A stretch of DNA of 64,000 nt. Origin: a virus. Shown here one piece after another: positions 38,501-47,784 of the stretch. How positions within the stretch are numbered: position 1 is the stretch's first letter; the number at the start of each line of letters is the position of its first letter. The notes below the pieces were generated by a model. The model did not search any database, was not told the origin of the DNA, and worked only from the letters and a program-made list of their open reading frames with translations. The DNA lies in the IMG/VR virus record IMGVR_UViG_3300013132_000034, positions 1 through 64,000 of that record; one strand, given 5' to 3'. The position numbers were made by a program, and so were the translations under genes.

Positions 38501-39464
38501 CCGAAGCTATATCTGAAAGAGTATTTCCTACACTTAAATAATAATAGTCAGTGCCAATAAATTTTTGTATTAAATCTTTTTCTAAATTTAAATTTAAATT
38601 ATTTTTTTCTAAATTATTTATTTGATTTATAAAATCCCTATCTTTTAAATATTGTAAATCATCAGAATTTACTTGAAAATTAATTGAATAAGAGGTATTT
38701 AAATCGTTGAGAAAAAATGTATAAGCAGTTATAGCATCAATTATGATTTTATCAAAATCAGTAAATAATTTTGTATTAAATTCATTAGTATTTGATGTAT
38801 AAAAATCTGATGAAAATGTTTTGTTGTATGTAGTTGCGGGTAAGTCAGGGTTAAGATCAAAATATTGTGATTCATCGTACAGTTCATTTATTTCTAAACC
38901 TATATTATTTTTAACAGAAGAAAGATCGAATAAATTAGTTTGATTGGATACAAGCTCTATAGCTTTTAATGCTTTAAAAATTTCATTTTTTATTAAAGTT
39001 TTTACACCAGCTTGCGAACCCTTCAATGAATTTTCATATTTTTTAAACGGTACATTCTGTCTTAATAATGAGTAATAGTTACATATTTCTTTAATTTTTT
39101 TAGTGAAAAATGGTATAACAGAATATAAATCTAAATCATTATTAAAATCTGCATTAGTAACGAATCTTCTTTCTTCTAAAGTAGAGAAATTAAGTAAAAC
39201 TTCTCTTAAAAAACCTACAAATGTAGATCTAACGAAATCAGTGCTTTCGATTTTATCTATTTTTTTATATTTGTACCATTGTAAGAGATAGTATTTGTAT
39301 TGTGAAACTAAGAACTCGCTATCTGATTCGGATGAATTTGTTTTTATTAAAAAATTTAAAAATGTGAAAGGTTCATTATAATCGCCTGCATTAACTGTTT
39401 TGCCGGATATTATAGAATCAGGTACAGATATTAAAATTGTATTTTTTTCTAAAACATCGGACAT
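35592..39464 (-). CDS. Large probable baseplate protein with a Thr/Pro linker before the C-terminal domain
   Basis: 1290 aa, downstream of gp6; VTPTPSPQPTLTPTPTVTNPVPTPTP at about 36010-36095; late promoter. Confidence 0.65.
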   Translation of the reverse strand: MSDVLEKNTILISVPDSIISGKTVNAGDYNEPFTFLNFLIKTNSSESDSEFLVSQYKYYLLQWYKYKKIDKIESTDFVRSTFVGFLREVLLNFSTLEERRFVTNADFNNDLDLYSVIPFFTKKIKEICNYYSLLRQNVPFKKYENSLKGSQAGVKTLIKNEIFKALKAIELVSNQTNLFDLSSVKNNIGLEINELYDESQYFDLNPDLPATTYNKTFSSDFYTSNTNEFNTKLFTDFDKIIIDAITAYTFFLNDLNTSYSINFQVNSDDLQYLKDRDFINQINNLEKNNLNLNLEKDLIQKFIGTDYYYLSVGNTLSDIASGLLFEAEDKSTNFLNKRFPSAAAVENESNLKNIRQIGGFFLPDKLGVLNFNNFKHTVDIDNNKLKTNKVYVFPDPSQYGNITNLSETDFESPLIYEEDVSWMHFNRTAQYLFGNIVSNPLYKNFYAYHSRSETIGYQPIGMSRDIDSTEFFEGSSKSVWANSDVYPVQDNLYPLEQRQSNLLVLNKTLTKYKNDIYGNNFGLYKEINPVGIGRGGKNRGQFISEQELDFFNFTGGRGGLYGTGRKGLNINNFTNLRIKNCLLLDGYKFYDFDSGFNIDLTIPNPDKDISGVTSRTVSQIPPGSGYYTSLSARGINRLLPGVDPYANYVINFPYNAPVRFTPLPTPLLVIAYGKGHFCEVQQDGSCIDTYCDIFKVTYCVLLDCVTFVDPLSNLRLDVSSDRSDFNSSVPVYYSELLEGSLNDDYTRPNNVDRATFSYTFPLSANVLVDLEGFRFNLAGETPCAISNSATTVRPGTLNYRDDNAEFVNLAVPTEYQTSVQALSTNLDKNKSIYESRYEEIGNLYVKNANTTNVNTLDIALSTVYEKYPSFVVDNIKQGVVNFELIYNVLFIETKDYFIFDKLSYNYIENIIEPFDSSKNFVKIYNNNKKLEKFSTLFFNEKQNIAYIAKMVLIPELSASNKKVLYPEIYEINITNPQFLKIYPTFNVSYENLSGFYVHLDDDTNIERIDKPVLSYNEDTNTFVLNYFAKNSNNVFVNIYHEFYINNANVDFIKHIAYKPEFFIKDLNFSVTLPLTAFYGNTITGQFSSYQNKDESILWFGTSASPSLIVGEFVNCDAGLIFSPVVTPTPSPQPTLTPTPTVTNPVPTPTPLPWNNLCPDALVINVSGAGLTAANGNYTLTAAYTRLISPSAFTVFYANTANPNFTLVFVSDFNSDSSYVKGLILSSTNNWTSDIGFVYASTQPINEFACAPYGYYNTITAKSPVSSSGGPVGTNITIKGNPPYPYVQRVV

Positions 39465-39472
39465 GTTATTAT

Positions 39473-42400
39473 TTAATTATAGTATACATTCGTTGCACTG
39501 GTGAAAAGCTTTAACCCATTAACAAATGTATACGCTATATTTTGATCTAAAATACCATCTTCACTGTAAAAGTCGTTATGAGTGCTAAGATTAAATTTTA
39601 AATTGCTATTTTTATTGTTAAAATCTAGTATATTGTTGTATATTTCTTGATCTACTTTCTTTAATCTGTAAAACTCGTAGTAACCCGCTATGTCTATACC
39701 CGAGATAGATGAAGGTGCTACAAGGCCCCAACCCCAATCATAATTAAAAGTAATAAATGGTATTATATCGCTAGATAGAGCACCGTTTATAATAGTTGTA
39801 TTAACGGCTTTATAAGTGTTAGAAAACTTTTCTTTGGCAACAATAGTTTCAGTAGCAGAAAAGGTATCTGTAGTCAAATTAATTATATCACCTAAATTTT
39901 CAAGGTTAGAGAAATTGTTATTTGATTGATTCTTATTTCCAAAAAGTAAATTTCTCTTAATGCTGCCTAAATCTAGGATACGTCTGAGAGATGGTGGGTA
40001 GGGATACTGGTAGTTTTCAAAGTCAACACCAAACATCTCACACTTTGACAACAATGACTCAATATTACAGCTATTAACATCCGCAATATTTTGATTAAAA
40101 TTACCTATCTTTTCATAAATCTTTTTAAGCAAAGCTGTATTTACATTAGAATTTTCATCACCAACTATAGTTCCAAGAAAGTCATTAAAAAATACCGGTT
40201 TATCTTGTAATGTTTCTGTAAGTGCGTAATTTTTGTACATTTTTTGGCCATCGAAATCTTCTTTATTTTTAAACATTAAATTAAAACCTGATGCAGGTAA
40301 AATATTAAATGTTGAGGATGTCCCTGATATTAGTCGTGTATTATCGGTTGTGTAATAATACTTGTTAATCCACCTGTAACCTAAAAAGTCGCCATCTGCT
40401 TGATATTTGTCATCATAATAAGCAGATATTGGATATAAATAAAAATTGTTAGGTGCAGAAACAATTTCTATATTTTTTAATGCAGATAAAGAAAAATTTT
40501 CGGATGAATTAGCAGGTAAAAAATAAATTTTTCTATCAAAATTATTTATTGTTAATATTTCATTTAAAGAATTACAAGAAATACCTTCTAAACTTTGTAT
40601 GTAATCGGTAACATTACCATATGCACCATCAATAAAATAGTCATTTCTTTGTAGAGAATCATATTCAATTTTTGTTAATTTAGAAATTCCATGTGATACC
40701 CAGCAATGTTGACTCCCATCTACTGTAATATCGGAAGGTAAATAAAAATTATCAAAAGTAGAGAGAATATTAAGCTTGTTATCGAATAAAACAACCAGAT
40801 CATTTCTATTTTCTATATCTGCAGATGAAGCATCACTATTTAAACTATAAGCTGTAGCCCATATATTATTATTTCTATCAACAATAATTTTTTGAAAATA
40901 ATAATTACTAAGTTTAGTTGATGAAAGAAAATTTAATTCATTATCATACTTCATAATTTTTGAACACAATGGGTGTGAAAGCACAACAAACACATCATTA
41001 TTTTTATCTATATCAACAAAAGATGGGAGTATAATATTTTCGCCTGCAAATCCATTATACTGAATATAATTAGCAGAAGTAATAAAGTTATTTGTTCCTA
41101 AGCTTTTTATTTTAACAATTTTATCAGTAAAATTGTCTATCTTTATAACTGAACCACTGTCAAATAAAGTTACAAAAACATTATTATTACTGTCTATTGC
41201 AATACAAGAAGGTGCTGCGCTTCCTCCTGCGGAGTCTAGCAATGTAGCAGTAGTGCCATCATTTAATGTTACCCCTGATAATGCTATATTTGCAAGTATA
41301 TTGCCTTTATAATCATATTTTAAAATTTTATCACTATCACTATCGCCTACCCAAAAACAATAATCATCAAGAGTAGAGTTAGAAGAAGGTATTTGTGATA
41401 TAGTAAATATACTTCTACAATCTAAAGAGTTTAAGAAGTCATAATTAGTAATGGTAAGTTTTGGTGTAAATTTTGGTGAAGTAGAAAAATAAGAAGTTGA
41501 AAAATACCTTGCAATATTATTTGAATACGGTTGTGAATAAAAAATAAAAGCTGTATCTTGCTCGAAATTAGGTATATCATCTATGTAAGCTATTGCAGAT
41601 AATCTTGCAGAAAGAACAGATGTTTCGGTAATAAAATATCCTCTATAAAACCCGCCCGAATTTGAAATATCTTTTTCAAAATTTGTTTTATAGAAAACAG
41701 TATTAGGAATTTCTTTATTGCTACCATCTACTAATACTATTTTTAAATTATATGACGTGGTTGGAGAAGTATTGGTAGCTGAAAGATAGGGATAGCTTTT
41801 AGTTGTAAAATTGTCTTTATCTTTTAATTTTACAACAAATGGTATTTTAGTTGATGCAAAACTTGTATTGCTCATTTGAAAACCATTAAAAATTTCGGTT
41901 CCTTCACCATCTAACCCGTTTGAAGTAATAGTAAGCTTAGCAGCAGGGTTATAGCGTGTTTTAATAATTGGTAGGACGGCAGGTATTGTATTTAAATAGG
42001 AAATACTAAGTGGTTTTAAATTTTCATATGAATTTTGATTTATTGACATGAAATCGTAAAATTTAGATGTATCAAGCGATGCAAAAATAAATATAGGGTC
42101 ATTGTCAGAAACGTTGTTCTTATTACTATCATCAGAATAATAAAAATTAGCGGTACCAGATGTTCCAACTAAAAATGCATTACTATCTTCTTTGTTGCAA
42201 TAAATAATTTTTTTATTTTCTATTTTTGCATATATTTCATTATTTGTAGAAATTATTTTATCAACAATAACGTCTTGTAATATACCGTTTATTTCTTTCT
42301 TTTCAACAAATTTAAAAAATTTCTTAAGGTGTGCCCATTTATCTTTGTAATAATTACTTACATCATAATAATATGTACCGGATCCGCTAGCGTATAAATT

Positions 42401-42916
42401 GAATGTATAACCGGTTGCAGATAACATATTGTAATTTTGCCAACTGTTCGTTCTTGTAAGTGTTATTTTATCCGACAATCTACCCGCGGGTATATCAATT
42501 ATAAAATGTTGTTGATCAGTAAATTCATATTTATCAGGTATAAAATTTACAGCTTGTACATTAACAACAAAACTATTTAAATAACTTTCCCCGTCTTGAT
42601 TTATTAAATATAATTTTACTTCATAGTTTCCCGGAAATTTATACCAGTGTGTTCCGGTAGGAGCAATTTTATAAGTTCCATCGCCAAAATCCCATCTTAT
42701 TTTTACATTTGAATAATCATTTGTATCTGTAATATACTGTGTGTTAGAATAAGAGGTAAGCGGGGAAATAAATGTATTTGTTGATACAATTCGTACAAGA
42801 GTAAAATCAGGTACAAATGTTAACGGTGTTTGCTCTAATGTAAATGTTGATAAAGCAGGTTTTCCAGTATAGTCATATACATTAACGTAAAGATCATTTG
42901 TATTGATGAAGGGCAT
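39473..42916 (-). CDS. Large probable baseplate wedge-type protein with PKD domain and beta-propeller repeats
   Basis: IRWDFGDG...THWYKFPGNYEVKL; CIAIDSNNNVFVT, IIVDRNNNIWAT, ITVDGSQHCWVS; follows gp6. Confidence 0.72.
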   Translation of the reverse strand: MPFINTNDLYVNVYDYTGKPALSTFTLEQTPLTFVPDFTLVRIVSTNTFISPLTSYSNTQYITDTNDYSNVKIRWDFGDGTYKIAPTGTHWYKFPGNYEVKLYLINQDGESYLNSFVVNVQAVNFIPDKYEFTDQQHFIIDIPAGRLSDKITLTRTNSWQNYNMLSATGYTFNLYASGSGTYYYDVSNYYKDKWAHLKKFFKFVEKKEINGILQDVIVDKIISTNNEIYAKIENKKIIYCNKEDSNAFLVGTSGTANFYYSDDSNKNNVSDNDPIFIFASLDTSKFYDFMSINQNSYENLKPLSISYLNTIPAVLPIIKTRYNPAAKLTITSNGLDGEGTEIFNGFQMSNTSFASTKIPFVVKLKDKDNFTTKSYPYLSATNTSPTTSYNLKIVLVDGSNKEIPNTVFYKTNFEKDISNSGGFYRGYFITETSVLSARLSAIAYIDDIPNFEQDTAFIFYSQPYSNNIARYFSTSYFSTSPKFTPKLTITNYDFLNSLDCRSIFTISQIPSSNSTLDDYCFWVGDSDSDKILKYDYKGNILANIALSGVTLNDGTTATLLDSAGGSAAPSCIAIDSNNNVFVTLFDSGSVIKIDNFTDKIVKIKSLGTNNFITSANYIQYNGFAGENIILPSFVDIDKNNDVFVVLSHPLCSKIMKYDNELNFLSSTKLSNYYFQKIIVDRNNNIWATAYSLNSDASSADIENRNDLVVLFDNKLNILSTFDNFYLPSDITVDGSQHCWVSHGISKLTKIEYDSLQRNDYFIDGAYGNVTDYIQSLEGISCNSLNEILTINNFDRKIYFLPANSSENFSLSALKNIEIVSAPNNFYLYPISAYYDDKYQADGDFLGYRWINKYYYTTDNTRLISGTSSTFNILPASGFNLMFKNKEDFDGQKMYKNYALTETLQDKPVFFNDFLGTIVGDENSNVNTALLKKIYEKIGNFNQNIADVNSCNIESLLSKCEMFGVDFENYQYPYPPSLRRILDLGSIKRNLLFGNKNQSNNNFSNLENLGDIINLTTDTFSATETIVAKEKFSNTYKAVNTTIINGALSSDIIPFITFNYDWGWGLVAPSSISGIDIAGYYEFYRLKKVDQEIYNNILDFNNKNSNLKFNLSTHNDFYSEDGILDQNIAYTFVNGLKLFTSATNVYYN

Positions 42917-42918
42917 TT

Positions 42919-44769
42919 TTAGTATTCAATTTTAGTGTTTACAGTAGAAGTTGTAAGTACCTCAATTTTATTAAGAATGTCTAGCGGGTTATTAAGGAAG
43001 GGGTATTTAAAATATGGAAATAAATAATTTTGCGATACAATCTGTATATCGTTTTCGGGGTAAACTGGATTCCAAACTAAAAAATTCAATCCCGGTACTT
43101 TAAACGTACCCATATCATCAGTTCTCTCAACATAAAAATCTTCTACACCATCAATAGCAAATATTTTTGTAGTAATATCGTTTATATCAAATAATTTACC
43201 TAAATTATTACTAGTTGATTCGAAGGCAGTTTTAATAATATTGTATACAGTATTTTTAATAGTTTGGGTGTCTACCTGAGAAAGTACATTTTTTGTAATG
43301 ATTAGCTTGGATTGTGTCGTAACATTAGGTGATAAGTTTTCCCCCGCTCTCATTATACCGAAGTCAACTGATACATATACAGGGTCAAATATTAAAACCT
43401 CAGAAGTAAGAGTTTTAAAATTTTGTAACGTATTTAAAATTAATTCTTTTTGTGCAGTGTTTAGATAATTAGTTCTCTGTGTTAAAGAAGTAATTTTATC
43501 TAATCTAGGCACCCCATAGATGTATATGTTGTTAAAATCACAAGTATCAGCAAATTTTGTTTGGTTGAATAAAACTCTAGAATCATTATTTGGTCTTTTT
43601 AACCCCAAATCATAGTAATATCTAAAATGACCATTCAAATAATCCCAATTATTAACTGCTTTTGTAGCGCTTATGATATTTGCAAAATTTTTATTAACAA
43701 AAGATTCATAATCTTGAGCAGTAACTAATCTAAATTGAGAATTATATATTCTAGGAGCGTTTGTTTTAATTTCTTCAGCAGATTCTTTATCTTGAAACTT
43801 GGTTGATGGTTCGTTATTTGAGAATGTAAGGTATCGAGTTTGATCATTATTTAACAAATTTAAATTTGTTGAAACAGTATCTTTTATTATAGTATTATAT
43901 CTTAAAGAATCATATAAAAATAATTTATTACCATCTAATGTTCCTATATCGACTTCACCCCTATCACCGTCAGTTTGTAAGAAATAAATAGCAACTTCAT
44001 CGCCCTCTTCTAATTTTTTTCCAGTAATGCCATTACCAAATTTAATTTCGTAGCGCTCATTTTCATTTAATCTTTTTTCAAAAACTCTGCTATTTGAATC
44101 ATTTAAAAATAATCATGCAGTTTCTGAATACTTAAAATATTTACTTGATGATTTTTCTTTTACATAAACATCAATATTAAAATGATCAATTTTTTGATTT
44201 TCTTGATTTGCAATAAATGTTATGGTTAATTGTTCGTATTCTTCACCGCTTGCTGTATAAGTAGGGTATTCAACGTAAGCTCCTTGATATAATAAATTAG
44301 TTTGAGAAAATAAACTTAAAATTTCATCTAAATTTGCCTCTTTAATAAAAGTAGCATCATTATTAAAGCTATAAGTAATTCCGTTTAAAGTAAAATAAGA
44401 ATATCTTTTAATTGTATATGTATCTACTGGTAGACTTTTTGATGCTATTGAATTAAAACTTAATAATGCAGATTGATATCCTATAGGCTTGTAATTTAAT
44501 TCTTTTACTATTTTGTTTATATTTTCGTACAACGTTGCTTGACTGAATAAAGTTTCTGCTGCTGTTCTATTTAAATAAAACAAAAGAACATGATAAGCAT
44601 AAGCTATAATATCAATAACAGAAGAAATATTACTACCTTCATAATTTTGATCCGTAAATGTATTATTAGCATTTAATCTATCAATAATAAGTTGCTTGAG
44701 TGATAAAGCATCAAAAGCAGCATAGCCGTCTCTATTAATTAAGAAATTTGAATCTTGTTCTACACTCAT
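42919..44769 (-). CDS. gp6: Baseplate wedge protein, T4 gp6-like, 616 codons with a single in-frame TGA at 44113-44115 (the ORF track splits it in two)
   Basis: FTDQNYEGSNISSVIDIIAY, LNYKP, YEIKFGNGITGKKL (in the 85 codons between the two track ORFs), ESAEEIKTNAPRIYNSQFRLVTAQDY; frame continuous across ETA*LFL. Confidence 0.88.
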
Positions 44770-44771
44770 AA

Positions 44772-45242
44772 TTATTTAAAATTAAACCCATCATTATTTA
44801 ATATGCCTGTAAGGTTTACTGATTCTAATCCTAGCTGTGGAACCGAGAGAGTTAGATTTATTAAATAGCTATTATCTTCTTCTTTTGCTACAATATTAAC
44901 CTTAACAATCTTTACTCTTGATTCAAATGTGTTTATATTGTCAACAATAGTATCGCCTATAGTTTTTGCAGTAGATTCTGAAACTTGCTCAAATACAAAA
45001 TTAGTTAAACCTATACCAAAATATGGATTTAGTAATTTTTCACCTCTATTAGTTAAAAATATGTTTCTTATACTATTTTTAATAGCATTAAGATCATAAT
45101 CTACTTTTAAATCAATTAGTTCGCTCTTCTTTAAAAATTCTGAATTTTGTGTATATTTGTAATCAAAATCTAGTCTTAAATCAGCATATTTAATATCGTT
45201 TTTCTGAACAACGTTGGCGAGACTATCGATTTTTATACTCAT
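44772..45242 (-). CDS. gp25: Baseplate wedge subunit, T4 gp25-like
   Basis: DLNAIKNSIRNIFLTNRGEKLLNPYFGIGL..FVFE...FESRVKI. Confidence 0.92.
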   Translation of the reverse strand: MSIKIDSLANVVQKNDIKYADLRLDFDYKYTQNSEFLKKSELIDLKVDYDLNAIKNSIRNIFLTNRGEKLLNPYFGIGLTNFVFEQVSESTAKTIGDTIVDNINTFESRVKIVKVNIVAKEEDNSYLINLTLSVPQLGLESVNLTGILNNDGFNFK

Positions 45243-45303
45243 ATAATATATTTAGTATAAATTAGTATATACAAAATTAATTTTCAAAACATAAATATAT
45301 ATA

Positions 45304-45897
45304 ATGAAAAGAAGATTTAACTCTCTCTATGAGACATACAAGCAAAAATTTACTAGCGGTGGGTTTCTATATGGTTCAACTGTAAAATTAAAAGACACAT
45401 TCTTTAAATCAGATTTCTATAAAGGTCAAACACAAGAATATCAAGATTTGCTAAAATCTTGGACTCAATCTGATTTGCTACTACGGGTAACTGGTGTAAA
45501 GCCTGTGAGACCTACTACACAAGGCGCTGGTAATGCAGAAATAACAGGTAGTGAATTTGATGTAGATATAACACAAGAAATAGCCCCGGGTAGATATGTA
45601 GATTATGTAACTGTTCCGGGTGTATATTTACAGCCTTATGGCAATGGCATTAATTTACCTAAAATTCCCGATTCATTAAAGAGAAACGATAAAGTTCAAA
45701 TTAAACCTGAAGTTGAAAAACCTGAAGATGAACAACAAGTACAACATACAGTAACTTCTGATGATGGTAAAGGTAAGCTTATTAAGGGTGATAGAAAATT
45801 GGTTAACAAAAACATCAAGATACCTGCTTCGCCAGATGTTAGTGCAAAATCACCATCAGTTGCAAGCTATACGCACAAGTATTTACCTAAGCGCTAA
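45304..45897 (+). CDS. Hypothetical late protein, possibly head-internal
   Basis: TAAATA 6 nt upstream; N-terminal RFNSLYE; converges on gp44 with an 11-nt overlap. Confidence 0.65.
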   Translation: MKRRFNSLYETYKQKFTSGGFLYGSTVKLKDTFFKSDFYKGQTQEYQDLLKSWTQSDLLLRVTGVKPVRPTTQGAGNAEITGSEFDVDITQEIAPGRYVDYVTVPGVYLQPYGNGINLPKIPDSLKRNDKVQIKPEVEKPEDEQQVQHTVTSDDGKGKLIKGDRKLVNKNIKIPASPDVSAKSPSVASYTHKYLPKR

Positions 45898-46822
45898 GTA
45901 GTTCTTCTAATCCTATACAGCAGCTATAAAAATTTATTTCCTGATCTACTACGAAACTGCTTCTATATAAATGCTCTGAAACAACGAGTAGCGCTTTTTT
46001 GCTTTTTTCAAAGTTATAATTTAAATTATCATTTATATAATTAAAAAGATCTCTCAACAAGCTAACATAATCACCTTGAAACTTATCTTCATTTTCAATC
46101 CAATATTTTCTACCTATATTAGATCTTTTAGTTTTTATAAATTCAATAATTTTTAATACCAATTCATTATTAATAGCAATATTAGGTATTTTTAACTCGC
46201 CGCCCAAACAGTGTTTTTGTATCTCATTAATAATTTTTCTAAAATCAGGGTACAATTTTTTAATTAATAAGACTACATCTCTCTTTTGCTCATCATTTAG
46301 TTTAATGTTTTCATTCTTTAGTATATAAAGAATTCTTTTAGCCATACCTTCAAGAGGTGGGGTTATATTAAAATCTTGACAACGACTTATTAGCGCGTTT
46401 ATAATCTTATGCTTATAGTTACAAGTCAAGACAAACCGAGTATTAAAAGAATATTCTTCCATGGTATTCCGAAGCGCTTTTTGCGCCTCTAGGCTAATAC
46501 CATCTACTTCATCGAGTATGATTACTTTTAATTTACCATCTAAACTCTTAGTTTTAGAAAAACCTACTACTTTATTCCTTATTGTATCTATGCCATTTTC
46601 ATCACTTGCATTAATATACAAATATTGACAACATAAAATATCGTTTACTATAATTTTAGCTAAAGAAGTTTTACCTATACCTTGAATACCTGCTAATAAT
46701 ATATTTGGAATCTCAAGTTTATCTTTAAAAGACGAAGCAAGCTTTCTAGCTTCATCAGTTAAAACAATATCATCAAGTGTTTTAGGTCTGTATTTTTCTA
46801 TCCAAAGATTATTAAAGTTCAT
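45887..46822 (-). CDS. gp44: Sliding-clamp loader ATPase subunit, T4 gp44-like
   Basis: LWIEKYRPKTLDD, GIQGIGKTS (Walker A), INASDENGIDTIR, IILDEVD, AQKALRNTME, SRC. Confidence 0.95.
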   Translation of the reverse strand: MNFNNLWIEKYRPKTLDDIVLTDEARKLASSFKDKLEIPNILLAGIQGIGKTSLAKIIVNDILCCQYLYINASDENGIDTIRNKVVGFSKTKSLDGKLKVIILDEVDGISLEAQKALRNTMEEYSFNTRFVLTCNYKHKIINALISRCQDFNITPPLEGMAKRILYILKNENIKLNDEQKRDVVLLIKKLYPDFRKIINEIQKHCLGGELKIPNIAINNELVLKIIEFIKTKRSNIGRKYWIENEDKFQGDYVSLLRDLFNYINDNLNYNFEKSKKALLVVSEHLYRSSFVVDQEINFYSCCIGLEELLSA

Positions 46823-47253
46823 TTACCAGATGATCCAAAGCCTTTTTCACCTCTATTAGATTCAACAATTTGTTCTGTAAATGTTGGTGTATAATTTGGT
46901 GCTAACTTATATAAAACAAACTGAGCAATTCTATCTCCCTTTGTTACCTTATAATCTATACCAGTGAAATTGTATAGCTTAATACCTGCATCTCCTCTAT
47001 AACCGTTATCTATAATACCTGGGTGCGCAAATATACCAAATTTAAATCCTAATCCACTTCTTGATTCAACCTTTATCCAATAGCTTGTTGGTATAGATGC
47101 AAATTTTAAGCCAACATCAACTACAGCTGATTGCAGAGCTGGGATTATCTTATCTTCAACACAATATACATCGTAACCGGAATCATCAGCATTGTTTTTA
47201 GAGGGTAACTTTGCGTCCGGGTGAGTTTTTATAAAAGATAATAGATCGGTCAT
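46819..47253 (-). CDS. dut: Trimeric dUTPase
   Basis: SGYDV, SRSGLG, GIIDNGYRG, GDRIAQ, RGEKGFGSSG: all five motifs. Confidence 0.97.
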   Translation of the reverse strand: MTDLLSFIKTHPDAKLPSKNNADDSGYDVYCVEDKIIPALQSAVVDVGLKFASIPTSYWIKVESRSGLGFKFGIFAHPGIIDNGYRGDAGIKLYNFTGIDYKVTKGDRIAQFVLYKLAPNYTPTFTEQIVESNRGEKGFGSSGK

Positions 47254-47259
47254 ACTAAT

Positions 47260-47287
47260 ATTGTAACTTTTACTTTTAATAATTCAA
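47260..47287 (-). promoter_or_regulatory. Sigma70-type promoter TTGAAT-N16-TACAAT, 6 nt before the dUTPase ATG
   Basis: Read directly; back-to-back with the plus-strand TAAATA at 47290-47295. Confidence 0.65.
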
Positions 47288-47301
47288 CATAAATATATTA
47301 T

Positions 47302-47784
47302 ATGTCAGAAGATAACGGAGATATTGACGATATTATAGATGCTTTGAAAGAGAAAAATAGCGAGATAAAGAAAGAGGTGAGAAAATCAGCTAATAAAGAT
47401 AATTTAGAAGAATATGTTATTGAGAGTGCTAGTACTGTAATCAATGAAGGTCTAGATTTAATTAAAAACTTGGGTGTGTTTTTAAATGCGGCACCTGATG
47501 CAAAAGATCTGTCTGCATATTCAGAGCTATTGCAAGCTACGTCAACAGCAATAGAATCGTTAAATAAAATTATAATTCAAAACAAGAAAGGCGAAACATT
47601 AAAAGAGCTCAAAAAGATGGATTATGAACAAAGAAGAGATCTATTGGGTGATGCAAAGGAAGCATTAATTAGCACGCGAGAAGAAATTTTTAAAAAAATG
47701 ATTAAAAATGTTGAGATTATTGATATATCAGCCCAGACCACCGACAATATTTTGAGTGGTTCCGCAGACAACAGTGTTAAGTAA
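47302..47784 (+). CDS. Probable small terminase subunit (gp16-like)
   Basis: Two long helices (VIESASTVINEGLDLI...; DLSAYSELLQATSTAIESLNKI) and C-terminal LISTREEIFKKM recall gp16; late promoter 6 nt upstream. Confidence 0.45.
   Translation: MSEDNGDIDDIIDALKEKNSEIKKEVRKSANKDNLEEYVIESASTVINEGLDLIKNLGVFLNAAPDAKDLSAYSELLQATSTAIESLNKIIIQNKKGETLKELKKMDYEQRRDLLGDAKEALISTREEIFKKMIKNVEIIDISAQTTDNILSGSADNSVK

Noticed and set aside
44113-44115. Genome-wide TGA recoding or selenocysteine at the gp6 stop
   Set aside because: TGA terminates many genes here (ATGA overlaps), Trp is encoded by TGG, and the downstream sequence is AT-rich with no SECIS-like hairpin
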